Positions 35,183 through 43,612 are shown, counted from the stretch's first letter. The stretch is DNA of 64,000 nucleotides from a virus (IMGVR_UViG_3300025875_000590:23201-87200), one strand, 5' to 3'. The notes: generated from the sequence alone by a model not told the origin. Program-made: numbers and translations.

Positions 35183-35812
35183 CTAGTCTGCCGCGCTCGC
35201 GACGCGGTGCGGCGGAGGTTGGGAACCGGTCGCGCTCGGCGCGGCGAGGTAGCGGATGGCGGCGGCCAGCCGGGCAGGGTCGTTGCGGAAGGCGCCGAGG
35301 CCGAGGTTGCACGCGCCGCAGAGCAGCCCCCGGACGTGGCCCTCGCGGTGGCAGTGGTCGATGACCAGCCCCTCGGCGACGACGTCGCCGCAGATCCGGC
35401 AGGCCCCGCCCTGCTCTTCTTCGAGGGCGGCCAGCTCGGCCTCGGTGAGCCCGTAGGTGTAGAGCTTCCGCCGGCGGGCGTTGCGCTTCGCGTAGGCGGA
35501 GTTGACCTCGCGCATCCGCTCCCGGTGCCCGGCCTGCCAGGCGACGGAGCTGGCCTTCAAGCACGCCTTGCAGCGCGACATCGGCTTGCGCTCGGGATTC
35601 GACCCGGGGCGCCCGGAACGCAGGTAGAACTCCTCGGGGCCCTTGGCCTCCCCGCATCCGGTGCACCGGTGGCCGGTCGTCGGGACCTCGCGGAGACTGC
35701 GGGCACCGCCGGGATCACCGTGCGTCTTCCACCGCTGCCAGTGCATGGAGCACCAGCCCCGCCCCACCACGGGCCTGTCGCAGCCGTCGATGCTGCACGT
35801 AGCCTTGCTCAC
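35183..35812 (-). CDS. Endonuclease VII-type (His-Me finger) endonuclease
   Basis: YGLT..QGGACRIC, IDHCH..VRGLLCGACNLGLG; N-terminal CSIDGC..WCSMHWQRW. Confidence 0.9.
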   Translation of the reverse strand: MSKATCSIDGCDRPVVGRGWCSMHWQRWKTHGDPGGARSLREVPTTGHRCTGCGEAKGPEEFYLRSGRPGSNPERKPMSRCKACLKASSVAWQAGHRERMREVNSAYAKRNARRRKLYTYGLTEAELAALEEEQGGACRICGDVVAEGLVIDHCHREGHVRGLLCGACNLGLGAFRNDPARLAAAIRYLAAPSATGSQPPPHRVASAAD

Positions 35813-35935
35813 GTCGACTCCATCCGGTCGGCCATGCCCCGGGCCAGTGACAGCTGGCGCCGGGGTCCCCTCCGAGGACGGTAGCTCCGCCCACCGACGA
35901 CCCCCGGTGAGCACCTCGAGTCCGCTCGGATCCGT

Positions 35936-36199
35936 TCAGTCGGCGGGGAACAGGTGGATGACGCGGGCGGCGAGGCGGGGGTGGCCGACGGCGGTGAGCT
36001 GGTCCACGATGCCGCCGACGAGGATGGGCCAGGCGGCGGTGACGGCGATGGCGGCCTGGCAGGATGCGCAGCTGCCGCAGCAGTCGGCGGGCAGCCCGGT
36101 CGGGGCGGGACCCTCCTCGAGCAGGTGCCCGTCGAGGGCGGTGAGGGCGGCTTCGACGGCGGCCACCGCAGCGTGCCCGGAGGCGGTGAGGGCGCTCAC
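35936..36199 (-). CDS. Hypothetical protein with CCGSCASC motif
   Basis: 87 aa, overlap-coupled. Confidence 0.6.
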   Translation of the reverse strand: MSALTASGHAAVAAVEAALTALDGHLLEEGPAPTGLPADCCGSCASCQAAIAVTAAWPILVGGIVDQLTAVGHPRLAARVIHLFPAD

Positions 36200-36750
36200 G
36201 CGAGCAGCCCGCGGACGGCGAGGGGGAGCAGCAGCACGAGCGGGGTGAGGACGACGGCGGTGACGGTGAGCACGAGCGGGGTCTCCCGCCAGGACCACCA
36301 GCCGCGTCGGCGCCATGGGGAGGCGAGGGCGCCCCAGCGGACGGCGACCCACAGCAGCAGGGTGAGGACGGGGCCGACGCCGACGGAGCGGAGTGCGCGG
36401 CGCCACAGCTGGTCGACGCCGGGGGAGTCCAGCCAGGGCTGCCGCACCTCGAGCAGCGGCTGGTCCCGCTCGGCGCGGAGCCGGTTGGCGCGCTCGCCGG
36501 CCCACTGGTCGCGGAGGGCGTCGCAGCCGAGGTCGTGGGTGGCGGCGGGCTCGTCCCACGGGCCGAGCTTGGGCACGAAGATCGTGAGCAGGCGGGGGAT
36601 GGTGGCGAAGTCGGTGCGGTAGCCGGCGGGGGTGGTGAACACGCGGTCGGGCACCGGGCCGGTGGCGTCGAGGAACGGGAGGTCCTCGAGCAGCTGCCAC
36701 GGGCGGGGCCCGCCGATGCGGCGGACGGCGATCTGGGACAGGTAGGGCAC
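36196..36750 (-). CDS. DUF1353 family protein
   Basis: PAGYRTDFATIPR, AATHDL; C-terminal TM. Confidence 0.8.
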   Translation of the reverse strand: MPYLSQIAVRRIGGPRPWQLLEDLPFLDATGPVPDRVFTTPAGYRTDFATIPRLLTIFVPKLGPWDEPAATHDLGCDALRDQWAGERANRLRAERDQPLLEVRQPWLDSPGVDQLWRRALRSVGVGPVLTLLLWVAVRWGALASPWRRRGWWSWRETPLVLTVTAVVLTPLVLLLPLAVRGLLA

Positions 36751-36753
36751 GGG

Positions 36754-37170
36754 TCACTTCCCCTTCACGTAGGCCGGCCAGCCGCGGCCACCGTCCCCGC
36801 TGGTCATGAGCCACCGGGACAGGGACTCCTCGGGGTGGCCGGCGTGACGCAGGTCGAGCAGCCACCGTCCCCACGCGTCGGGTTCCCCGTACACGTCGGC
36901 GACCAGCGGCGTGTTGAACAGCAGCGCCTCGGCGAGCCACTGCCCGGTGTCGGCGGCGGCGCGGGCCCACCCGACGGGGTCCGAGTTCTCTTCCGGGGTG
37001 TCCACCCAGGTGAGCCGCGCGGAGACGCCGCGGGGGCTCTTGGTGCGGGCGGAGAGGATGAGCCCGGGGAGCTCGCCGACGTCGCGGTCCAGGCGGAGCT
37101 TCACGGTGTCCCCGTCGACGGCCCGGACGACGGTGAGCACGGTCCAGGTGGCGACGGGCGGCAATGACAC
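36754..37170 (-). CDS. Thermonuclease (SNase)-like protein
   Basis: VRAVDGDTV, RLTWVDTPE, DAWGRWL; TACCGT 7 nt before GTG (leaderless). Confidence 0.75.
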   Translation of the reverse strand: MSLPPVATWTVLTVVRAVDGDTVKLRLDRDVGELPGLILSARTKSPRGVSARLTWVDTPEENSDPVGWARAAADTGQWLAEALLFNTPLVADVYGEPDAWGRWLLDLRHAGHPEESLSRWLMTSGDGGRGWPAYVKGK

Positions 37171-37267
37171 GCGACTGACGGTATCGGCACGACCACGGCG
37201 CGTGGGGGAGGCTGAGCGTTGCCGCTGGCCACGGGCCGGGCACCCCACCGCGCACCTGGAGCATCCC

Positions 37268-38179
37268 GTGGCTGACCGCCAGCTTCCTCTCCCCGAAGTC
37301 GTCCGGCCCGATCGGCGGCTCGGCCGGCACGTCCGGCACGACCCCCGCTCGATGCGGTACCTCGTCCACCCGCGCGGCGCTGAGCCGGTCACCCCGCGCA
37401 CGGTGTTCCACCCGCGCCGGATCCCGCTGCTCGACCAGGGCAACCTCGGGTCGTGCACCTGCAGCAGCGCGGCCGGGGTGCTGGGCTCGGCCGGGTTCTA
37501 CGAGACCCTGTCCGCCGAGCTGCAGCGCACCCTGTCCGATCCGCTGACCGCGCAGGCGTGGGCGGAGGACCTGTACCGGGAGGTGACCCGCGTCGACCCG
37601 TTCGAGGGCGCGTGGGAACCGGAGGACACCGGCAGCGATGGCCTGACGGTGGCGAAGGTGCTCACCGGCCGCGGCCTGATCGCCGGGTACGAGCACGTCA
37701 CCAGCCTCACCGCCGCGCACGCCGCGATCCAGCGCGGGTCGTTCTTCGTCGGCACGATGTGGTGGTCCGGGATGGAGGCGCCGAACAGTCAGGGCATCGT
37801 CACCGCGACCGGCCGCCCGCTGGGCGGGCACCAGTACCAGTGCTTCGGGTACGAGCTCGAGCGGGACCTGTGGTGGTTCTGGCAGACGTGGGGTCGCCCG
37901 TTCGGGGTGGAGCCGCCGGAGCCGGTCATCGCTGCAGCGGTGGCGGGGGCGGGGGCGTTCGCCATGAAGTCCGCGACCTTCGGGCGGCTGCTGCAGCAGC
38001 AGGGCGACGCCACCCTCTTCGTGCCGAACACCGCCCCAGCGCCGACCCCGGCCCCCGAGCCCGCGCCGGGCGGCTTCCCGGTGGACACGGTCGGGCCGTG
38101 GCTGGCCGGCCGGCACTACACGAAGCGGGAACGGCGGGCCGCCGACGCGGTCGCGGGCTGGATGGGGCAGCAGCCCTAG
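37268..38179 (+). CDS. Papain-like (C1) cysteine peptidase
   Basis: LDQGNLGSCT, GGHQY..GY, QTWG; GGAG RBS. Confidence 0.8.
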   Translation: MADRQLPLPEVVRPDRRLGRHVRHDPRSMRYLVHPRGAEPVTPRTVFHPRRIPLLDQGNLGSCTCSSAAGVLGSAGFYETLSAELQRTLSDPLTAQAWAEDLYREVTRVDPFEGAWEPEDTGSDGLTVAKVLTGRGLIAGYEHVTSLTAAHAAIQRGSFFVGTMWWSGMEAPNSQGIVTATGRPLGGHQYQCFGYELERDLWWFWQTWGRPFGVEPPEPVIAAAVAGAGAFAMKSATFGRLLQQQGDATLFVPNTAPAPTPAPEPAPGGFPVDTVGPWLAGRHYTKRERRAADAVAGWMGQQP

Positions 38180-38478
38180 CCGGGCGGGCTGGGCCGGTCA
38201 GTGAGACGGCCGGTCCAGCCGAGCGCGGCGAGCCCGGGCCGTTCCCCGCCGGCCTTCCAGCGCAGGAACGCCGGCCAGCCGACGGGGAAGACCTCGGCCC
38301 ACAGGTGCTCGTCGTGGACCTGTCCGGGGAGGCTGAGGTAGGGGGTGATGATGAAGCCGATGCCGCGCTTGGTGCGGGCGAGCGCGGCCTCGGTGTCGGC
38401 GGCTCGGCGGGTCCAGCGGGGGATGACGAAGGTGGGCTGGCTGCGGTCGGGGGTGCCGATCAAGACGGCGTAGGGCAT
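38176..38478 (-). CDS. Hypothetical protein
   Basis: 100 aa. Confidence 0.55.
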   Translation of the reverse strand: MPYAVLIGTPDRSQPTFVIPRWTRRAADTEAALARTKRGIGFIITPYLSLPGQVHDEHLWAEVFPVGWPAFLRWKAGGERPGLAALGWTGRLTDRPSPPG

Positions 38479-38858
38479 CAGCAGGTCTCCAGATCGAACA
38501 GGGGTGCCTGGCCCTCGGCGAGCAGGGCTGCGACCCGGCCGGCGGCGCGGGTCTCGGCGTGGTGGGCGCGGTCGTAGTGCAGGTGGCAGCCCTGGCAGGC
38601 GGCGAACAGGTTGTCGTCGTCGCAGTGCTCGGGGACGTGGTCGCGGTGGGCGGTGGTGAGGACGACGGTCGAGCCGGTCGACCAGGCGGGCTCGGCGTGC
38701 AGGTTGCGGCAGCGTCCGTCGTCGGCGAGGTGCCCGGCTGGCCGGCCGCACTCACCGCGGCACTCGCATCGGCCGTCGGCGCGGACGAAGCGGATGCGGT
38801 GGGAGATGGCCGGCCAGTCGGCGGGGTACCGGTCGCGATTCTCCGGCCGGATGGGCAT
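38478..38858 (-). CDS. HNH-type endonuclease-like protein
   Basis: MPIRPENRDRYPADW, RCEC, LTTAHRDH..NL..CQGCHLHYD. Confidence 0.8.
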   Translation of the reverse strand: MPIRPENRDRYPADWPAISHRIRFVRADGRCECRGECGRPAGHLADDGRCRNLHAEPAWSTGSTVVLTTAHRDHVPEHCDDDNLFAACQGCHLHYDRAHHAETRAAGRVAALLAEGQAPLFDLETC

Positions 38859-39211
38859 CAGATGGCCGCGAGCTCGAGCAGGACGTCGGCGTGGCAGGGC
38901 TGGTCGAGGGGGCACCAGCAGGCGAGGTCACGGCCGGCGAGCTCGGGCAGACCCATGAGGATGACGGCGCGGTCGACGCCGTGGACGGGCTGCGGATCGC
39001 GGCTGGTGAGCCACCGCCGGTAGGCGGCGGTGGCGGTCTCCGGCGTCCACCGCCGCGCGGGCTGGCGGGGCTCGGCCCACGGCGCGAGAGGCAGCACCCC
39101 GCCGACGACGAACGGGTTGCCCCAGCGGCTGGGGCGGCCGACGTAGACGACGCCCTCGGGCATGCGCCAGCCGGCGGTGCGCCGCCGCTGCACCCGGCGA
39201 GGACTGGTCAC
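38858..39211 (-). CDS. DUF4326 family protein
   Basis: YVGRPSRWGNPF, LAGRDLACWCPLDQPCHADVL. Confidence 0.9.
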   Translation of the reverse strand: MTSPRRVQRRRTAGWRMPEGVVYVGRPSRWGNPFVVGGVLPLAPWAEPRQPARRWTPETATAAYRRWLTSRDPQPVHGVDRAVILMGLPELAGRDLACWCPLDQPCHADVLLELAAI

Positions 39212-39732
39212 TGAGACCGGCCGGTGCCAGCGGGGTCCCAGGTGAGCAGGAGGCACCCGAACGGGGGCCGTTCACCTGGGCCGATGCGGGTGCGGCCGGG
39301 GCGCAGGAAGCGGATCCGGCCGGGCAGGAAGCTGCAGGAGAGGGCGCCCCCGGGCTGGTCGCGGTGGGGCTCGACCAGCAGCTGCCACCACTGCTGCTCG
39401 GTGCGGTTGGCGGGGAGCAGCATGACGATGCCGCGGGTGGTCGAGTACTCGGCCCAGGCCTTTTGCACCCACGGCTTGATCCCGGAGAACGGCGGGTTGC
39501 ACCAGACGGACTCTCCGGCCCAGGGCTGGGCGAGCCCGTCGTCGTCCCGGGTGAAGTAGCGGGGGCACTTCGTGTTGGCCGGGGAGGCGGCGACGTCGAG
39601 GGTGAAGTGGTGCTGGCCGTCGAGGAAGCGGAACAGGTCGAGCGGGGTGGCCCGGTCGTCCACCTCGTCGTCGGGGCCGCGGAGCAGCACCTGGGCGGGG
39701 TGGTTGCGGGGGACCATGCCGGACACGCTCAT
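39208..39732 (-). CDS. Phage Dam-type N6-adenine DNA methyltransferase
   Basis: FTLDVAAS, DGLAQPW, VWCNPPFS, MLLPANRTE, GRIRF. Confidence 0.9.
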   Translation of the reverse strand: MSVSGMVPRNHPAQVLLRGPDDEVDDRATPLDLFRFLDGQHHFTLDVAASPANTKCPRYFTRDDDGLAQPWAGESVWCNPPFSGIKPWVQKAWAEYSTTRGIVMLLPANRTEQQWWQLLVEPHRDQPGGALSCSFLPGRIRFLRPGRTRIGPGERPPFGCLLLTWDPAGTGRSQ

Positions 39733-40112
39733 CAGGTCTCGCCCCAGACGACGTCGACCTTGCCGCAGCTCGAGCCGACGCCGGTGTGCTCGTGCTCGTC
39801 GGCCTCGCCGGGCCACGGCGGCAGCTTCCGCACGGTGGCGAAGGGGACGAACCGGCCGCATGTCCCGCAGTGCCAGCGGTAGGGCGGGCGGAGGACGGCG
39901 GGGTGCAGCTCGGGCGGGGGGTCCTGGGGTGGGCCGAACCGGACGTCGGTGAGCGCGGCGGCCTTGGCCGCCTCGGTGAACAGGATGCGGGCGCCGTGGG
40001 TCCAGCCGCCGGGCGGGTTGCCGACCTCGGCGCACGGCGTGCCGGGAGCGGCGCCGCAGCTGGAGCAGGAGAACTCGAGCGCCTGGGCGTGGACGTCGGG
40101 CCGGTCAGCCAC
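39732..40112 (-). CDS. Zinc-finger protein
   Basis: CSSCGAAPGTPC..H..R and CGTC motifs. Confidence 0.65.
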   Translation of the reverse strand: MADRPDVHAQALEFSCSSCGAAPGTPCAEVGNPPGGWTHGARILFTEAAKAAALTDVRFGPPQDPPPELHPAVLRPPYRWHCGTCGRFVPFATVRKLPPWPGEADEHEHTGVGSSCGKVDVVWGET

Positions 40113-40578
40113 GACCCCGGCCCTTCGCGCGGCGGGCGGCCCGGTTCGGGCCAGCGGTGACGGTGCCCGAGGGGACCAGCGGGAACCGGTCCTCGCAGCC
40201 CCGCACCCACCGCTTCCCCTCACGGCGCCAGCGGCACTGCGGCATCGCCTCGGCGCGCTCGCGGGTCATCGGGGACCCGTCGAGCAGGTGCCCGTCGAAG
40301 GCGACCGCGCCCTCGTCGGAGAGGGCGATGAGCCCGCGGCAGTGCGTGCACATGCCGCCGGTGAGCACGCGGGTGGCGAGCGCCTCGAGGGCAGCCACCG
40401 GGTCGGGGTGGTCCTCGACCATGAGCCGGGTGCCCTGGTAGGAGCAGACGGCCCACCAGGTGACCTCGGTCATCGGGGAGGCGTCCTCGCCGGTGTGGCC
40501 GAACTCGAGGTCGCGGGCGCCGGTGCGCCCGATGACGTCGACGGACGCCACGAGGGCGTCCTCGTCCATGCGGATCAT
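40105..40578 (-). CDS. Hypothetical protein
   Basis: 157 aa, CTHC and CRW..GC motifs. Confidence 0.65.
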   Translation of the reverse strand: MIRMDEDALVASVDVIGRTGARDLEFGHTGEDASPMTEVTWWAVCSYQGTRLMVEDHPDPVAALEALATRVLTGGMCTHCRGLIALSDEGAVAFDGHLLDGSPMTRERAEAMPQCRWRREGKRWVRGCEDRFPLVPSGTVTAGPNRAARRAKGRGRG

Positions 40579-40889
40579 CGTGTGGGCTCCTTCGGGGTGG
40601 TGGGCTGGTCGCCGATGTGGCCGGCGAGCAGGTCGGCGCCGCGCAGGACGGCGGTGACCTCCCCGGCGGCGGCTTCGAACGGCACCCGGTCGCGGGCGTA
40701 GGTGCGCTGGCCGCAGACCACCACGCGGTGGGTGCCGTCGATGACCACGGCGTAGGCGTAGCTGATCGGGGCCAGCCGTCGCAGGTTGGCCAGGTCGATC
40801 TGGTTGGCGAAGGCGACAGCGTGCTTGAGGACGGCTGGGTTGCCACCGGAGGCGGTGCGGACGGCGGCCAGGAACTCGGCTCGGGACAG
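40575..40889 (-). CDS. Hypothetical protein, probable CTG start
   Basis: In-frame CTG 9 nt after GAGGAG of start-associated motif; no ATG/GTG/TTG at that distance. Confidence 0.55.
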   Translation of the reverse strand: MSRAEFLAAVRTASGGNPAVLKHAVAFANQIDLANLRRLAPISYAYAVVIDGTHRVVVCGQRTYARDRVPFEAAAGEVTAVLRGADLLAGHIGDQPTTPKEPTR

Positions 40890-40897
40890 GGGGATCA

Positions 40898-40910
40898 GCT
40901 CCTCAGCTGG
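40898..40910 (-). promoter_or_regulatory. Start-associated motif
   Basis: Exact CCAGCTGAGGAGC. Confidence 0.8.
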
Positions 40911-40927
40911 TGGGGGGAACACGGACG

Positions 40928-40966
40928 ACGCTACCGGTAGACACAACCGGTGTCCACCGGTAGACG
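40928..40966 (-). promoter_or_regulatory. Promoter overlapped by operator variant
   Basis: TGGACA-17-TAGCGT; TGTCCACCGGTAGACG 40951-40966 and half-site GTAGACA 40937-40943. Confidence 0.75.
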
Positions 40967-40967
40967 G

Positions 40968-41525
40968 TCAGCGGCTGGTCTCGGCGAGCCGGCGGGCGCG
41001 GGCCGCGCGCCCGGCCGGGGTCGAGGGAGCACCGAGCGGGGTCCGCTCGGGGGTCGGGGCGGTGCGCAGGTGCGTGGTGAACGTGGCGTCGACCTCGGCC
41101 TGCTGCTCGCGGGCGCGGGCGGCGCGCTCGGGCTGCCCGCGCAGCTCGGCCAGCTCGGCGTAGGAGGGGCGGCCAGCGTTCGAGGCGACGGTGGCGGCGA
41201 CGCACTGGAACGCGAGCTGGGCGGCGGCCTCGGCCTCGCGGTCGGCGACGTAGCGGGCGGCGTTGAGCTCGCTCTGCAGGCGGTCGGCGACGGCAGCGGG
41301 GTGGGTGGTGATGCGCCACGCCTCGGCGGCGGCGACGGTGGCGGCGACCTTCGCGGGGTCGTTGTCGGCCAGCGCGAGCCACTCGTCGGAGCCGTACTCG
41401 GGGACGGGCACGTCGCGGGGAGGCAGTCGGCGGGCGGACCACTCGGGGACGGGCCCGGTGTCGGGGGCCAGCACGGGACCCAGGGCGCGACCGCTGCGGC
41501 GGAGACGGCGGCGGAAGTTGGACAC
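40968..41525 (-). CDS. DUF2742-like protein
   Basis: PEYGSDEWLALADNDPAKVAATVAAAEAW; GAGGAG RBS. Confidence 0.7.
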   Translation of the reverse strand: MSNFRRRLRRSGRALGPVLAPDTGPVPEWSARRLPPRDVPVPEYGSDEWLALADNDPAKVAATVAAAEAWRITTHPAAVADRLQSELNAARYVADREAEAAAQLAFQCVAATVASNAGRPSYAELAELRGQPERAARAREQQAEVDATFTTHLRTAPTPERTPLGAPSTPAGRAARARRLAETSR

Positions 41526-41694
41526 GGGCACTCCTCGGGTGGGCGGCGAAGCGTACAGGTCGAGTGTACGGGCATCGGGCGCGGGAGAACATGCCCAAAT
41601 GCATGGGAACCGTCGTGACGGAACGGGGTCTGACCTGGGAGAACAGGCCAGCGACCCGTCCTGTTCATGGTGGGACAGGGGGAGGTGCGGACGG

Positions 41695-42534
41695 TCACCC
41701 GGCGACGACGCGGTACCGGTCCCCGTCGGCGACGACGCGGAGGTCACCGCTGTCGCCGACGAACCGGTTGACCGGGGCCTCGAGCACCGGGTCCTCGACC
41801 GTCGCCGCGGCGGCGGCGAGGTCGGCGAGCATGACCCGGCCGCCGGCGGTGAGGACGTGGATGCGCTGCCCAGCGCGGACGTCCTCGAGGCGGACGGCCC
41901 AGCCGTGGGAGGCGCGGGTGAGGTAGGACAGCGCGCCGCTGGCCTTGCCCTCGGTCCAGCCGGCGACGGCGGCCAGCTCGACCAGGGAGAGCCCGGCGGT
42001 GAGGGTGACGCCGTGGTGGACGACGAGCCCGGCGTCGGCGCGGCGGAGCCACTCGGCGGCCTGCTGGTACACCAGTCCGGTCGGGGGCTCCAGGGGCAGC
42101 GTGGCGGCACCGGCGCCGGGGCGGGAGGCGCCGCGGGCGGGGCGGTCCTTGCCGTCCCCGGACTCGACCTTGGCGGGCTCGTTGTCCAGCAGGCCGGCGC
42201 GGCGCAGTTCGATGATGTCCTCGGCGACGGTGCCGAGGCCGACGCCGAGGCGGCGGGCGATGGTGCGCTGCGAGGCGCCCTTGACGCCGTCCCCGAGGCG
42301 CATGGACAGCACGAGCGCGCGACGCTCCTCCATGGTCAGCCGCAGCTCGGCGAGCAGGTCGCTGAAGCGGGCGAGGGCGTACTCGTGCCAGGCGGTGAAC
42401 CCGGCGGTGATGTGCGCGGAGCCGACGCGCAGCCGCGTCAGGTTGCCGATGCCGGACACGAGGTCGGCGCGGGTGGCCAGCTCGAGGCGCTCGACGTCGG
42501 CGGGGGACAGGACGGGGGCGGTGGTGGCGTTCAT
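41695..42534 (-). CDS. HTH DNA-binding protein (two HTH-like regions)
   Basis: SQRTIARRLGVGLGTVAEDI; LSLVELAAVAGWTEGKASGALSYL. Confidence 0.75.
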   Translation of the reverse strand: MNATTAPVLSPADVERLELATRADLVSGIGNLTRLRVGSAHITAGFTAWHEYALARFSDLLAELRLTMEERRALVLSMRLGDGVKGASQRTIARRLGVGLGTVAEDIIELRRAGLLDNEPAKVESGDGKDRPARGASRPGAGAATLPLEPPTGLVYQQAAEWLRRADAGLVVHHGVTLTAGLSLVELAAVAGWTEGKASGALSYLTRASHGWAVRLEDVRAGQRIHVLTAGGRVMLADLAAAAATVEDPVLEAPVNRFVGDSGDLRVVADGDRYRVVAG

Positions 42535-42538
42535 GGCA

Positions 42539-42551
42539 GCTCCTCAGCTGG
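42539..42551 (-). promoter_or_regulatory. Start-associated motif
   Basis: Exact CCAGCTGAGGAGC. Confidence 0.8.
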
Positions 42552-43002
42552 TGGTGGCGGGCTGGCCGCCGTGGTCGTGGCAGGCCGGGAGACCGGCCAG
42601 GCGGTGCGTGGTGGTGCGGGTGCAGGGCGACCCGTCGCGGCGGGTGCCGGTGCAGGTGGCGGCCGAGCCGGTGAAGGCGGCGGCGAGGTCGGGGTTGCAG
42701 GCGGTGCAGTGGTGGGCGGCCCAGCGGGCGAAGTGACCGTGGGGGCACTTCGGGGCGTACAGCCGGACGAGGCCGGGGCGGACGACGACGACCGGGTTGG
42801 TCGCGGTGGGGGTGAGCAGGTCCTCGTCGGCGATGGTGGGCAGCTCGAGGTCCGAGGGGCGGTCGAGGATCGGCAGGGGGCCGGTCTCGAACAGCCACGC
42901 GGGGACCTCGCGGCGGTGGCCGCGGACGTGGACGACGCGCACGTCCCCGTCCGGGCCGACCAGGTGCCGGTCGTGGGGGGCGACCCGGGTGGCGGCGGTC
43001 AT
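42544..43002 (-). CDS. Zinc-binding hypothetical protein
   Basis: CPHGH..HCTAC and CTGTRRDGSPC..CHDHGG motifs. Confidence 0.65.
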   Translation of the reverse strand: MTAATRVAPHDRHLVGPDGDVRVVHVRGHRREVPAWLFETGPLPILDRPSDLELPTIADEDLLTPTATNPVVVVRPGLVRLYAPKCPHGHFARWAAHHCTACNPDLAAAFTGSAATCTGTRRDGSPCTRTTTHRLAGLPACHDHGGQPATTS

Positions 43003-43394
43003 GCGGCCCCACCGGCGCGGAACAGCGCGATGACCTCGGCGTCGAAGTGGGCGAGCTCGGCCAGGACGGCGGCGAACTCGTCCTCGGTCGGGATCTCCCC
43101 GGCGGCGGCGAGGTCGGCGAGGTCGCCGTTGAGGACGTCGACCAGCGTGGCCAGGAACGGTCGGCCGCCGACGACGCCGGCGGTGCGCGCGGCGAGGGCG
43201 GCGGCGGCGAGGACGTCGACCTGGGTGATGAGCACGAGCAGGCGGGGGGACTCCCACACCTCGTTGGTGGGGTCGGTGTGGACGGTGATGGCGCCGGTGA
43301 CGAGGTCGAGGACGGCGACACCGGCCGGGTGGGCGAGGACGGCGGAGACCTGGGCGGCGTCGAGGACGGGGGCGGCGGTGCGCGTGGTGGGCAT
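42999..43394 (-). CDS. Hypothetical protein
   Basis: 131 aa, overlap-coupled. Confidence 0.6.
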   Translation of the reverse strand: MPTTRTAAPVLDAAQVSAVLAHPAGVAVLDLVTGAITVHTDPTNEVWESPRLLVLITQVDVLAAAALAARTAGVVGGRPFLATLVDVLNGDLADLAAAGEIPTEDEFAAVLAELAHFDAEVIALFRAGGAA

Positions 43395-43502
43395 GACCCA
43401 TGTGACGGCAGGCGGCCCGCGTTCGTACAGTCGAAGTGGACGGTTCTTCACCCGCCGGGGGGAGATCGTCTGGTCACCGGTGCGGAGAGTCGACACGAAC
43501 GG

Positions 43503-43596
43503 CTGGAGCCCGCCCCCAGCAGCGGGGACGGGCTCCAGTGCTCCCCACCGGGGAGCCTTCGATCGCGCACCGAGGTGCACCTACTTGGACGGTAGG
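43503..43596. terminator. Stack of four hairpins ending the first half of the head operon
   Basis: CTGGAGCCCG/CGGGCTCCAG, GCTCCCC/GGGGAGC, GCAC/GTGC, CCTAC/GTAGG. Confidence 0.55.
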
Positions 43597-43612
43597 CCCA
43601 GCAGCGTAGCCC

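Noticed and set aside
41554-41572. CGTACA-N7-TGTACG palindrome upstream of the DUF2742 gene
   Set aside because: Single occurrence; could be a site but there is no second copy to support it.
8670-43610. attL/attR pair flanking the 35 kb block
   Set aside because: No shared direct repeat seen at the two junctions and no recombinase gene in the block.
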